Source of the DNA: Coleofasciculus sp. B1-GNL1-01
GTDB lineage: Bacteria; Cyanobacteriota; Cyanobacteriia; Cyanobacteriales; Coleofasciculaceae
Assembly (NCBI GenBank): GCA_040220235.1
Contig: JAVJTO010000028.1
Reading direction: 5' to 3' (one strand)
Length of the DNA stretch: 42,254 nt
The translations under genes and the position numbers were made by a program. Every line of letters starts with the position of its first letter. Within the stretch, counting starts at the first letter, position 1. This document shows positions 1-10,072 of this stretch, piece by piece. The notes below the pieces were generated by a model. The model did no database searches. It was given only the letters and a program-made list of their open reading frames with translations, and was not told the DNA's origin.

Positions 1-274
1 TAAATTCACTTAGTACCGTTGCATCAAATCCTGAATCCGTTAAGTTTAATCCCAAAGCATATTTCCAATCTATTCTACTCCTGACTGCATCGGCGGCTTG
101 TCGATCAGTTAAACCTTCCGCAAATTGCATTATGGTGATTAATGCTAATCGAGCTGGTGAGATGGCTGATTGTCCACATCGGACGGGAAATACATCGACA
201 AAGTCTTTGTCTTTGTATAGTGTCCCTAATTGATCATACATTTTCATGTATACATTTCCTCTTGGGAAAGATGC
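1..274 (-). mobile_element. IS1182-family transposase, N-terminal part (runs off window edge; 5' end apparently truncated)
   Basis: Manual translation from 274: ASFPRGNVYMKMYDQLGTLYKDKDFVDVFPVRCGQSAISPARLALITIMQFAEGLTDRQAADAVRSRIDWKYALGLNLTDSGFDATVLSEF, typical of the IS1182/DUF772 N-terminus. In-frame TAA at 275-277 lies directly upstream. Confidence 0.85.
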
Positions 275-1091
275 TTACCCCCTAGAGGGCGCAAGCTGAT
301 GGGTTCCTCTCAACGTGAACCCTGAATGGACGTCGGCGGTTAACTAATTATCTCCACCTTTTCTAGGTATAAATTCATATCAATTCCTACGTTCAAATGT
401 TCGCAGTACCAATCATTTTGGCGAATTGGGATGATCCAAATCACAAAACTAATGTGCTTCCTTACTTGCACATCAAAAAAATAGAACTTACGCAATTTGA
501 GGATGCAAACTCTATTGATAGTGGCAAGGTGGACATTGCCCACCCTACAGTCTTGAATGAACAAATATCTGGGCTTATTTCCAATCTGATCCGGACGTTT
601 TTAATATTTTTTAACCCATTGATGACTTTTATTAAATATCTTTACATTACTTTATAAGTCGGGTAGGACTCTGCCACGCTGTCGTTGTCCCTCTAATCCA
701 TACGGTCAGCCGACTTCATTCATTGATAGCCCTTGAACGGAATTCTTTTTTCCTGCTTTTTCCCTTCAATCTTTACTCTAACTTTATTTGTTTAGTCAAT
801 TCTAAATGAAAACTTGTTAAAAACTTCATCATTTTATTCCTACAATTAATAGATAGAGTGTGTAAAAAGGTAATGTATCTCGATGAAACAGGCAAAAATA
901 AATTTCTATCTACTAATTGTCGCAAGCTTTAAGTATTTTTGTCAACAATGATACAGATTAGCTAATTGAATCCTTTCTCGCAAATCATGCATCACTTCCC
1001 CTGGAAACCTTACGATCTATCTCATTTTTTGGCTTATCTTATGCTTTTTTCCAATTCCCGATATCCCCCAGTCTCTCCCCAAAATGCCTTA

Positions 1092-2930
1092 ATGGGTCAG
1101 CAAAACCCATTAAACTTGAATAAGAATTTATCCGAGATTTTCCCTTTCACCTGGATCAAAGAAGGCATTCGCAACCTCAGCATATCTCATAAAATTAGTT
1201 ACGGCTACGCCTTGGCGATCGGCTTATCCATTCTGGGAACAACCGGAGGATTAATTCTCGGTAATTATTACCAAGACCAAGCCCAACAACAAGAACGGGT
1301 TGCTGATCAGCAGCACCATCTCCTCAGTAACCTGGAAAATGCGACATTGGCTGTGCGATCGCATCCGCAAGAATTACTTACAGCCTCGGTGAACTCTAAC
1401 CAGATTGACGCCCAAAAGAATCAGTATTTAGCCGATGTGGATCGGATGAAACGCCTACTCTCGGAGTTAGATATCTTCATCCAAGACTATCCCGATGGCT
1501 TAGACGTGAACACGGCTGAATTACATCATCTGCTTCAGGAGTATGAAGCAAATATAGACGCCTACAATCAGGTGATTGAATCACTCTGGCAAATCAGTGA
1601 ATCGGAGAACCTGAAGCCAGAGGAGGTTACGGCGATACAACAAGAGTTATTAAAGGCGCTGCATCACCCTTCTACCAGCCAAGTGATGGCTCAATTCAAT
1701 CACCTATCTGATCATGTCGAGGATGCCAAAACTAACGCAGAAGCGCAACAGTCTCAGGTACATCAACAACTAGCACAAGCAGAAGCCTTACGCCTGCGAA
1801 TCATCGTCAGTAGTTTACTGCTATCGGTGGGTATCGCGGTACTTTTAGCCACGATTACCAGCCGTGCGATCGCGCATCCGATTGAAACAGTAACTCACGT
1901 TGCTAGTGCGATCGTCAAAGAATCCAATCTGGAGATTCGCACTCCCGTCACCACCAACGATGAAGTCGGTTCATTAGCCACATCTCTCAATCAGCTTGTC
2001 CAGTGGGTAGACGACTCAACCCAAGAATTGACACAAGCGCGTCAAACCTTAGAACAGCGCGTCGATGAACGAACCCAAGAATTGACGCAAGCGCTGCGAG
2101 AACTCCAACACACCCAAGCCCAACTGATTCAAAGCGAAAAAATGTCCAGTTTAGGACAGATGGTGGCGGGGATTGCCCATGAAATTAATAATCCGATTAA
2201 CTTTATCTACGGCAATCTAGATTATGCCAAGCGATCGATTAACGACTTACTGATCTTGCTAGAACTGTATCGGCAAGAGTATCCTCAGCCTAACGCCGCG
2301 ATTCAAGAACAAAGCGAAGCGATGGATTTAGATTTCCTCATCGCCGATATGCCCAAAATGCTGTCGTCCTTAAAAAGTGGGGCTGAACGAATCCAGGAAG
2401 TTGTCTTATCCTTGCGGAACTTCTGTCGTCTGGATGAAGCGCAGTTAAAACGGGCAGATATCCATGAAGGACTTGAGAATACCCTCTTGTTGGTTAGTCA
2501 TCGTCTCCAACCAAACATTAACCTGGTCAAAAAGTACAGTCAATTACCCCGAATTGATTGTTATCCGGCTCAACTTAATCAGGCGTTTATCAACATTATC
2601 AGCAATGCCATTGACGCCTTAGAAGAGGTTCAGGGTAAAGCTATACCGACAATCGTCATTCGTAGTGAAACCATCGATAATCGTTGGATTCGCGTGTCAG
2701 TTTGGAACAACGGTGCAGCGATTCCAGGGGACGTTAAAGACCGGATATTCGATCCCTTTTTCACCACCAAGTCTGTAGGCAAAGGCACAGGGATGGGATT
2801 AGCCATTTGTTACCAGATTGTGAAAAAACACCAGGGTAAAATTGAAGTCACCTCTGAACCTGAGAAAGGAACCGAATTTGCAATTACGCTACCGATTCAA
2901 ACTGAACAAGAGATGGCACTATCTGCTTAA
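1092..2930 (+). CDS. Membrane sensor histidine kinase (TM-helical sensor-TM-HAMP-HisKA-HATPase)
   Basis: Two hydrophobic segments, HAMP (PIETVT...DEVGSLATSLNQL), H-box EKMSSLGQMVAGIAHEINNP, N-box NIISNAIDA, FDPFFTTK and GTGMGL. The track starts at TTG 966; ATG 1092 is more plausible. Confidence 0.93.
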   Translation: MGQQNPLNLNKNLSEIFPFTWIKEGIRNLSISHKISYGYALAIGLSILGTTGGLILGNYYQDQAQQQERVADQQHHLLSNLENATLAVRSHPQELLTASVNSNQIDAQKNQYLADVDRMKRLLSELDIFIQDYPDGLDVNTAELHHLLQEYEANIDAYNQVIESLWQISESENLKPEEVTAIQQELLKALHHPSTSQVMAQFNHLSDHVEDAKTNAEAQQSQVHQQLAQAEALRLRIIVSSLLLSVGIAVLLATITSRAIAHPIETVTHVASAIVKESNLEIRTPVTTNDEVGSLATSLNQLVQWVDDSTQELTQARQTLEQRVDERTQELTQALRELQHTQAQLIQSEKMSSLGQMVAGIAHEINNPINFIYGNLDYAKRSINDLLILLELYRQEYPQPNAAIQEQSEAMDLDFLIADMPKMLSSLKSGAERIQEVVLSLRNFCRLDEAQLKRADIHEGLENTLLLVSHRLQPNINLVKKYSQLPRIDCYPAQLNQAFINIISNAIDALEEVQGKAIPTIVIRSETIDNRWIRVSVWNNGAAIPGDVKDRIFDPFFTTKSVGKGTGMGLAICYQIVKKHQGKIEVTSEPEKGTEFAITLPIQTEQEMALSA

Positions 2931-2939
2931 TCTAACAAA

Positions 2940-3123
2940 AGGCAGAGGTGTGGAGGTGCAGGGAAGCTGGGGAAGCAATGTAGAGACGTGCCATGGCGCG
3001 TCTGGGAGCTGGGGAAGCTGGGGGAGTCATCTTCCAGAGGTAATGAAGCATCTGTCTGTAGGGGCGGGTTTAGGGACTAATATTGATTGTTATCCCTAGC
3101 TTGGCTGCAAAACCCGCCCCGAC
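2940..3123. repeat. Intergenic repeat cluster: GGGGAAGCT STRR units, GTAGAGACG REP, and REPIN TGTAGGGGCGGGTTT...AAAACCCGCCCCGAC (3057-3123)
   Basis: Tandem units and inverted arms are visible directly. The same REPIN family recurs at 8802, 8887, 25729, 26741, 28870 and 37898. Confidence 0.8.
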
Positions 3124-3181
3124 CATAAGACGTAGCTTGCTTCTCGCGAAGGGAGTATGACAAATAACCAATGACCAATCA

Positions 3182-4075
3182 CTACTTTAACCAAGACGAA
3201 AGGTCTCGTTGAATTAAATCTTGTAACTTGAGAATATCGTCTCGATAGAGTTCGATCAGTTGTTGGCGCTCCTCTGGCGAAAGTGGAGCCGCTTTCTTAT
3301 CTTGAGAGTTCATTTGAATCAGGCGAGAACGAATCGTTTGCCTCATTTCCAGGGGTAAAATTACTCGGAGTCCAGCCCTGACTATCGTTCTCAATGGATT
3401 TTCTTGGCGTAACATCTGATTCACTGCCGTATTTTTGGGGACTTGAGCAACTTGAGCTTTTTTAGAGACATCCGGTGAAAAGGTATCATCGACGCCAACA
3501 AACTGATACATAGTTTGCATGAATTTAACTGGGTCTTTCGCCAAGTCATCATACAAATAAACTCGAATTTGCTCTCGGTCAAATTTGTTATAAAAATGCT
3601 GCAAATGCTGACAATAAAATCCCTTTAGCAAAATAAACGATTTATCAGCCCGGTATTTTATTTGGTCAGACAAGCTGTTTCGCCTTCCTTTGTCAATGGC
3701 ATCTCGGATATGCATTAAATAATCCGAATAGGCTCGGTCAACTGGATTTCGCAAGACCGCAATTAACTTGGCATTGGGAACGTAACGCTTGATCCGCTCT
3801 GAGGATGATTCATAATGAAACAGATAATTAGGAGAGGCTTCCCCAATCGCCATTTCATCTGTTACCCCTTCAAAAAGTTGACAATATTTCTCAAAGGTGT
3901 CAATCTTGGCTTTTCGTTGCGTTTCAAGTTCTTCCCAGTTCTTTTCTAAAAAGTTTGTTTCTTTAACGGGACTCATGTAAATTTGTGGATGTTGTTTCAA
4001 ATAGTTATAAATTGAGGTTGTCCCAGCTTTTTGAACACCGATAATTAGAAAAGTAGGAAGTTTCATCGAAGTCAC
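3182..4075 (-). CDS. Sulfotransferase (PAPS-dependent)
   Basis: 5'-PSB motif IIGVQKAGTTS, KETNFL, GEASPNY, 3'-PB motif LRNPVDRAYSDY. Confidence 0.92.
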   Translation of the reverse strand: MTSMKLPTFLIIGVQKAGTTSIYNYLKQHPQIYMSPVKETNFLEKNWEELETQRKAKIDTFEKYCQLFEGVTDEMAIGEASPNYLFHYESSSERIKRYVPNAKLIAVLRNPVDRAYSDYLMHIRDAIDKGRRNSLSDQIKYRADKSFILLKGFYCQHLQHFYNKFDREQIRVYLYDDLAKDPVKFMQTMYQFVGVDDTFSPDVSKKAQVAQVPKNTAVNQMLRQENPLRTIVRAGLRVILPLEMRQTIRSRLIQMNSQDKKAAPLSPEERQQLIELYRDDILKLQDLIQRDLSSWLK

Positions 4076-4101
4076 TCCTTATTGAAAAAATAAAGTTATA
4101 C

Positions 4102-4218
4102 TAAGTAGGTTTGTGGAAATAAACTTAACTAGATTAAGTCATGTAAACAAGCCTCAAACCCTTACTGTTCCCTGTTCCCTAATCTCAACCGTTAACTGTA
4201 ATTGTGTCCACCCACTTA
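4102..4218. mobile_element. MITE family A (TAAGTAGG...CCCACTTA ends, internal GGGAACA/TGTTCCC repeats)
   Basis: Imperfect terminal inverted repeats; its reverse complement aligns with 31060-31183. Confidence 0.8.
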
Positions 4219-4281
4219 AACAGTTATTAGTCAAACCCGCCCCGACAATTAAGCTGTGACCGATAACTTATAGCTTATAGC

Positions 4282-4980
4282 TTATGACTGATGACTGGCT
4301 GCAAGTCGCTGACGCAGAATAAACTCCGCGATCGCTAAATCCATGGGTGTGGTTACCTTGAGATTCGTCTCTTCCCCTGCCACAATCTGTACAGGTAGCC
4401 CACAGCGCTCAAATAATGCCGCATCATCGGTAACGTCCCAATTCAATTTTCGTCCTTGATCATGACATTGCTTCAGCAGCGACACCTCGAATCCTTGAGG
4501 CGTCTGGGCTGCCCATAACCGTCGCCTGTCGGGTGTATCTTGGATAATATCCGACTCATCAACGACTTTAATCGTATCCTTAACCGGGATCGCGGCAATC
4601 AAACCCGGACAATCTCTGAGGTGTTCCGCACAGCGATCAAACAATTTGGGGGTAGCTAAACATCGGGCGCCATCGTGAATCAGTACCCGTTCCGCCGTTG
4701 GGGGTAAAGCTTGCAAGCCGTTATACACGGATTCTTGACGAGTTGCGCCCCCAGGAATCAGTTGTACGGCTTTCGTCAGGGCGAGATCCGCCAGAATTGC
4801 CTGAATATCCGTTTGATCCCCTGGCTGTCCAATAATGCCAATGTTGGTAATTTCCGTCGCCGCTTCCGCCGCCAGTAGCGTCCAGGCTAATAGGGGTTTA
4901 CCCAGTAACGTGAGCAATAGCTTATTGCGATCGCTCCCCATCCGTCGTCCCATTCCCGCTGCTGGAATTAATAAATGCAC
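4282..4980 (-). CDS. ispD: 2-C-methyl-D-erythritol 4-phosphate cytidylyltransferase
   Basis: PAAGMGRRMG, GGATRQESVYNGL, VLIHDGARCL, AQTPQGF, TDDA, NLKVTTPMDL. Confidence 0.97.
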   Translation of the reverse strand: MHLLIPAAGMGRRMGSDRNKLLLTLLGKPLLAWTLLAAEAATEITNIGIIGQPGDQTDIQAILADLALTKAVQLIPGGATRQESVYNGLQALPPTAERVLIHDGARCLATPKLFDRCAEHLRDCPGLIAAIPVKDTIKVVDESDIIQDTPDRRRLWAAQTPQGFEVSLLKQCHDQGRKLNWDVTDDAALFERCGLPVQIVAGEETNLKVTTPMDLAIAEFILRQRLAASHQS

Positions 4981-5240
4981 AAGCTTCCGCCTTATGATGC
5001 CAAATCTCTAGTCCCGACCAATCTAATCTAATATGCTACTACTGGTTCATCCCATGAAACCACTAGGTATAATATCATGCGTAACGTAATCCCATAAGCC
5101 AAATCGCAATGGGAGCAGGGGTGTAGCAGTTCACCCCGTCAAGGTTTCCTTGGCAAACTCGTTTCCGGAAAATTCCGTGAAATTAGGAACGACCAGTCCA
5201 TTAAAATTGAGCTGATATACAAGCTCTAATTATATTTGAG

Positions 5241-6203
5241 ATGAGAATATTAGCCCTTGTTCCGGGAGGAATCAGCGATCAACTGCTGCTCTTTCCGACG
5301 TTCGATGACCTAAAAGCCAATTACCCCGACGCTGAAATCGATGTGATAGTCGAACCCCGCGCCAAAGGAGCCTATCGGGTTTCCGGTTCAGTCGATGAAG
5401 TATTACCCTTTGACTATAAAGACCGCAACGGTTTAGCGGATTTTGGTAACCTGTTGGGGATTATCCGCGATCGCGAATATGATGCGGCAATTGCCCTAGA
5501 GCGTCGGTGGTCAGTGGGACTATTGCTCTGGATGAGTGGTATTCCCATCCGTATGGGCTACGACAATAATCAGGGTAAGTGGTTTTTTACCAATACTGTA
5601 CCGCTGAAAACAGAGCAGTATGCAGCGTATATGTATCATGACCTGCTCACCGGGTTAGGGATTAATACCTCCTGTCCAGAACTTGCCATTCGTGTACCAA
5701 AATCCGATCTGGATTGGGCAGAAGGTGAACAAGCCCGTCTGGGTATCCCGGAAAGCGGTTACATTATGATCGACGGCGGCTCTAACCACCTCGATCAGTC
5801 ACAGGACATTGATAAAGTTTATCCCGCCCATAAATGGCAAGAGGTTATTGAAGACATCCATCAAAAACAGCCTGACCAAACTCTGGTTATGCTGCATGGT
5901 TCGGAGGATACTGAGTTAGTCGCCGCTCTCACCCAAGTTTGTCCTAATTTACAGATGACCTCACCTCCTGATAGTGGTAAATTAGCGGCAATGATTGCGG
6001 GGGCGAATTTACTGTTATGTACAGATAGCGCATCGATGCATCTGGCTGTTGCTGTGGGAACGTATACGATCGCGTTGTTTGGTCCTACTGAGGCTGACAA
6101 ACTCCTACCCCCATCAGAACGCTATATCGGTATTCAATCACCCACTCGTTGGATTGCCGATATTCAGCCTGATGATGTATTAAAACAAGTTTGGCGGGGC
6201 TAG
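5241..6203 (+). CDS. Glycosyltransferase family 9 (heptosyltransferase-like)
   Basis: N-terminal ILALVPGGISDQLL and C-terminal TDSASMHLAVAVGTYTIALFGPT, the GT9 signature. Confidence 0.92.
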   Translation: MRILALVPGGISDQLLLFPTFDDLKANYPDAEIDVIVEPRAKGAYRVSGSVDEVLPFDYKDRNGLADFGNLLGIIRDREYDAAIALERRWSVGLLLWMSGIPIRMGYDNNQGKWFFTNTVPLKTEQYAAYMYHDLLTGLGINTSCPELAIRVPKSDLDWAEGEQARLGIPESGYIMIDGGSNHLDQSQDIDKVYPAHKWQEVIEDIHQKQPDQTLVMLHGSEDTELVAALTQVCPNLQMTSPPDSGKLAAMIAGANLLLCTDSASMHLAVAVGTYTIALFGPTEADKLLPPSERYIGIQSPTRWIADIQPDDVLKQVWRG

Positions 6204-6254
6204 GGAATGGCACTGAAATAAGCCGTTTTAGAGCGTCGTAACCCTTGATATACC

Positions 6255-6305
6255 GTAGGGTGGGTTTCGGCTTCGCTCAACCCGCTTGGCTTCGCTCAAC
6301 CCACC
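6255..6305. repeat. GTAG-type REP carrying a duplicated GGCTTCGCTCAACCC unit
   Basis: gtagggtgggtttcggcttcgctcaacccgcttggcttcgctcaacccacc. Confidence 0.65.
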
Positions 6306-6336
6306 AGCATATCAGTCAGTACCCTTCTACCTATTT

Positions 6337-7287
6337 ATGACACGATGGTTGTTATTACTCATATCTGTAGTCACCACACTGGTGGTATACCTATCGACTA
6401 CCTCTAGTCCTGCCATCAGTCAGACAACAGATCTGTGGAACATTTATGATCGTGTCCTCAAGCCAGCCAAATATGTGGATTTGACTCATTCGTTCAATCC
6501 AACTATCCCAGTGTGGCGCGGATTTGATCATGCAACCTTTAAAACAACAATAGCGGGATCGGATCTACCGGATTATATTCAATCTGGACAGGAATACACC
6601 TACGCGGATCATGGGTTTATTGCCACCGCCTATGAACTGCCCACGGATCAGTATGGGACACAACTTGATCCTCCCGCTCACTGGGATGAGTACGGTGCAA
6701 CGATCAGTGATTTGCCTGCTACGTATACAATTAGACCCTTAGTCGTCGTTGATATTCATCAGAAAGTAGCCGACAATCCGGGCTATCACGCCACCGTTGC
6801 GGATATCCAGGCGTGGGAAGCCAAACACGGTCAGATCCCCCAAGGATCAGTGGTGATGATCCGCTCAGACTGGTCAAAAAAATGGTCTGAGGTTGAACGC
6901 TTTAATCAAAAGCCGTTTCCTGGTGTGAGTCTGGAGGCGCTCAAGTTTCTACATTTGCAGCGTAATATCCTTTTTCATGGTCATGAGCCGTTGGATACGG
7001 ATACAACACCCAATCTGGAAGGCGAATATTGGCTGTTGCACAATCATTATACTCAGGCAGAAGGTGTAACCAACCTCGATAAAGTGCCAGAAGCGGGTGC
7101 TTTAATTGCCATTGGTTTTGCCAAGCCAGAAGGGGGAACTGGGGGATATGCTCGCTACGTTGCGATTTGTCCACCCGATTGGCAGTATGGTATATCGGTG
7201 TTGGACACCCCAGGAGCGCCATTGCCGAAACAGCCTTATCCGCTACGGCGTGATCCCAATGGTGTGTTAAAGCCAACACCAAGATGA
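6337..7287 (+). CDS. Secreted cyclase-family (kynurenine formamidase-like) metal hydrolase
   Basis: Signal peptide MTRWLLLLISVVTT..., VDLTHSF, QYGTQLDPPAHW (variant of HxGTHxDxPxH), GHEPLDTD, EGVTNLDKVP. The track start at 6286 lies in a REP; ATG 6337 is preferred. Confidence 0.85.
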   Translation: MTRWLLLLISVVTTLVVYLSTTSSPAISQTTDLWNIYDRVLKPAKYVDLTHSFNPTIPVWRGFDHATFKTTIAGSDLPDYIQSGQEYTYADHGFIATAYELPTDQYGTQLDPPAHWDEYGATISDLPATYTIRPLVVVDIHQKVADNPGYHATVADIQAWEAKHGQIPQGSVVMIRSDWSKKWSEVERFNQKPFPGVSLEALKFLHLQRNILFHGHEPLDTDTTPNLEGEYWLLHNHYTQAEGVTNLDKVPEAGALIAIGFAKPEGGTGGYARYVAICPPDWQYGISVLDTPGAPLPKQPYPLRRDPNGVLKPTPR

Positions 7288-7337
7288 ACCACCATCTGTA
7301 TACAGCGTCTGTGGGTAAGCCCTCACCCCTCTAAGTC

Positions 7338-7829
7338 TCAAGTTCTTTTTGGGGGAAACATTAGCTGAAACAACGTATCATCGAGTTCATACCCTAACAT
7401 TTGAGCCATGGATTTGAGGCGCGACTGGTTAGGCAAACTAATTTGTTGTAACCAGTTATTCACCACAAAAACCTTTTGCATCATGAAAATTTCTAAGGCT
7501 TCTGGGTTATATTGAATCCCTTCCGTGCGATTGAACTGATGGGGGACAAGCATCGCCGTGTAGCGAGCGAGTTCCCCAGCTTTCCAATCCAGTAAAAACG
7601 GTAACCACGGATACTGAACATCCAAGCGGATAAACCACAGACGGATCTCCGGAATTTCTGACCATTCCCGTGGATCATTGGGTTCGCGAGGGTAGTTAAA
7701 CTCAAAGCGTAACTGCTGCTCATAGTTTGCGATCGCTCCCTCGGTCAACCACTTATCAATCACAGTCTGGACGGGCGATAGGTCTAAATCATTGATGGAA
7801 TGGGAATTGAGTTTAATTGTGATTGCCAC
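7338..7829 (-). CDS. crr6: CRR6-family NDH-1 (NdhI) maturation factor (DUF1817)
   Basis: DPREWSEIPEIRLWFIRLDVQYPWLPFLLDWKAGELARYTAMLVPHQF is characteristic of CRR6/DUF1817. Confidence 0.88.
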   Translation of the reverse strand: MAITIKLNSHSINDLDLSPVQTVIDKWLTEGAIANYEQQLRFEFNYPREPNDPREWSEIPEIRLWFIRLDVQYPWLPFLLDWKAGELARYTAMLVPHQFNRTEGIQYNPEALEIFMMQKVFVVNNWLQQISLPNQSRLKSMAQMLGYELDDTLFQLMFPPKRT

Positions 7830-8246
7830 TAATCTTTATCCGCTCCACAACACTTGGACGTAGAAACGCACTGTTACAGCGTCTGTACATTGCCTGGATT
7901 ACTTCGGTCTTTCATCGAAGTCGAAGGGTCAACCAGTCCCCAGGCTTAACCTCGGATCAAGCTTACCTTAGTTTTCATTAACACAATCAATGCTACCCGA
8001 CTTGATATCAATCCACAGTAGACAGACTCAAACCATCTAAGGTAAAGTGGTAATGAGTTTGCCTTACAGTGTCAGATGCTAAGTCATTCAGACCCAAACC
8101 TGAACAAAGCTTGGCAAAAAAGATTATATCCGCAAACATAATGCACTTGTAACCAGTGCATGACGGGATTTCTATCAGGCTCCCCTTCAGGGTAGAGCTT
8201 GAAACTACTCCCCATACAGCTAACCACCCTATTCAACGTATCGACT

Positions 8247-8699
8247 ATGCAGAAAGAAGCGGCAGTTGTCAAACCAATTCGCTCATTGGAAGACGCCCTC
8301 AATCGATGTCAAGCGTTAGGAATGCGCTTGTCGCGTCAACGCCGCTTAATTTTAGAATTACTGTGGCAAGATCGAGAGCATCTCTGTGCCAGAGAAATTT
8401 ATGATCGCCTGAATCAGCAAGGCAAAGAAATTGGTCATACTTCTGTGTACCAAAATCTAGAGGCGCTATCGTCTCAAGGCATTATTGAATGTATTGAGCG
8501 ATCCGATGGACGGCTTTACGGGAATATCAGCGATGCACACAGCCATGTTAATTGTGTGGATACGAATCAGATTATGGATGTATACGTAGAATTACCAGAG
8601 GAACTAATCCAGCACATTGAGCAACAAACTGGCGTTAAGATTACTGAGTATCGGATTGACTTCTACGGTTATCGCAACGGTCAAGGGAATGATAAATGA
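8247..8699 (+). CDS. furC: Fur-family regulator, FurC/PerR-type
   Basis: KPIRSLEDAL...GMRLSRQRRLILELLW...GHTSVYQNLEAL...HSHVNC closely matches Anabaena FurC (Alr0957) as I recall it. ATG 8247 is preferred over TTG 8199. Confidence 0.88.
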   Translation: MQKEAAVVKPIRSLEDALNRCQALGMRLSRQRRLILELLWQDREHLCAREIYDRLNQQGKEIGHTSVYQNLEALSSQGIIECIERSDGRLYGNISDAHSHVNCVDTNQIMDVYVELPEELIQHIEQQTGVKITEYRIDFYGYRNGQGNDK

Positions 8700-8801
8700 T
8701 CACCAATAATGGCGGCGGTTCCTTTTCCTGCGATCGCGGTAAAGAAAGGTTATCACACCTGAGTGCGATCACCCAGAGATGATCAGCTCTGATTAGGATT
8801 A

Positions 8802-8953
8802 TGTAGGGGCGGGTTTAGGAACATAATTAGGATGTTACCCATACCATTTCAACAAAACCCGCCCTTTTTCAATTATCGGGGATTCCGTCGGGGTGGGTTT
8901 AGTCGCATCCCTTGCTAGTTAGAAACGATAGTCGTAAAACCCGCCTCTATACA
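8802..8953. repeat. Two REPIN copies (GGGGCGGGTTT...AAACCCGCCC family) between convergent genes
   Basis: Inverted arms at 8802-8864 and 8887-8953. Confidence 0.78.
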
Positions 8954-8994
8954 GGCGCTATACCCTCTTTCCCAAGTGAAGGGTGGTAACTCTC

Positions 8995-9870
8995 TCATCC
9001 CTGATTCTTTGCCAAAAACTCTCGCATATACTGATTCACTAACTGCGGCTGTTCCTGCTGTACCCAATGGCTACAATTCGGAATGTAGCGGATTTGCAAA
9101 TCTGGCACATAATTATTTGTATTATAGGTCAATTCTTTGCCCAAAGCCGTATCATTTTCTCCCCAAATCAGTAGAGTTGGGATGGGCAGAATATCCCACT
9201 GATGCTGCTTAAATATCCCCTTAAAGACATTACGGTAGTAGTTAAGCATGGCAGTCATAGCACCCCGTTTAGCCGCCGCATCTTTATAGGCGTTTAAGTC
9301 TACTTCCGAAAAGGCACGTTTGTCAATTGCCATATCGATAAAACTCGACGCAATCAGTCGATAGTCATCCCACTGAAACAGTAACTCTGGGAGTAAAGGG
9401 AGTTGAAAGAAAAAGATATACCAACTTCGCAGGAGTTGTTGCGGATTACTGCGTAACGCTTCTGCAAATTTGGCGGGATGAGGAATATTCATGACAATTA
9501 ACTTATCAACCAGTTCGGGATAAGTATAGGCAACATACCAAGCAATCATTCCTCCCCAATCATGTCCGACTAAGAGACAGCTTTCATACCCTAATCCTTG
9601 AATAACTCCTTTAATATCGTTAACTAACTCGCTGATCTGATAAGCTAATATATCTTTGGGCTTATCGCTGTCATTGTAACCCCGCAGATCAACGGCAACA
9701 ACTTTATAATCCCTGGCAAATTCAGGGATTTGATGCCGCCAGGAGTACCAGAATTCGGGGAAACCATGCAACATCAGCATAAGTTTACCTTCTCCCTGAG
9801 TGACGTAGTGTAGTTTGACACCGTTGGTGATAATATAATCCTCTTGCCAGGAGTCAGTTATTGGAGACAT
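8995..9870 (-). CDS. Alpha/beta hydrolase, epoxide-hydrolase-like
   Basis: HGFPEFWYSWRHQ, DLRGYNDS, nucleophile motif GHDWGG, WGEND, HWVQQEQP. ATG 9870 is preferred over 9960. Confidence 0.92.
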   Translation of the reverse strand: MSPITDSWQEDYIITNGVKLHYVTQGEGKLMLMLHGFPEFWYSWRHQIPEFARDYKVVAVDLRGYNDSDKPKDILAYQISELVNDIKGVIQGLGYESCLLVGHDWGGMIAWYVAYTYPELVDKLIVMNIPHPAKFAEALRSNPQQLLRSWYIFFFQLPLLPELLFQWDDYRLIASSFIDMAIDKRAFSEVDLNAYKDAAAKRGAMTAMLNYYRNVFKGIFKQHQWDILPIPTLLIWGENDTALGKELTYNTNNYVPDLQIRYIPNCSHWVQQEQPQLVNQYMREFLAKNQG

Positions 9871-10072
9871 GGGGTTTACCTGATTGTAGTTCTCGATAAA
9901 GTTAATTATCTCATAGTTCGCTAGTTTGTAGTTGCGCTTTAGCGCTATAAACACGCGCATCGTAATTTAAAAGTATAATACAAACAAATCCAGCTTAAAT
10001 GTTGACTAAAAAAAACAACTTAAAGACTATCCATATAAATTCAATCACCATCAATAATTGGAGTCAAAAATC

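Noticed and set aside
340..657. Short ORFs 340-564 (-) and 397-657 (+)
   Set aside because: No recognisable motif, AT-rich, and they cross a REP at ~528-549. At most a gene remnant.
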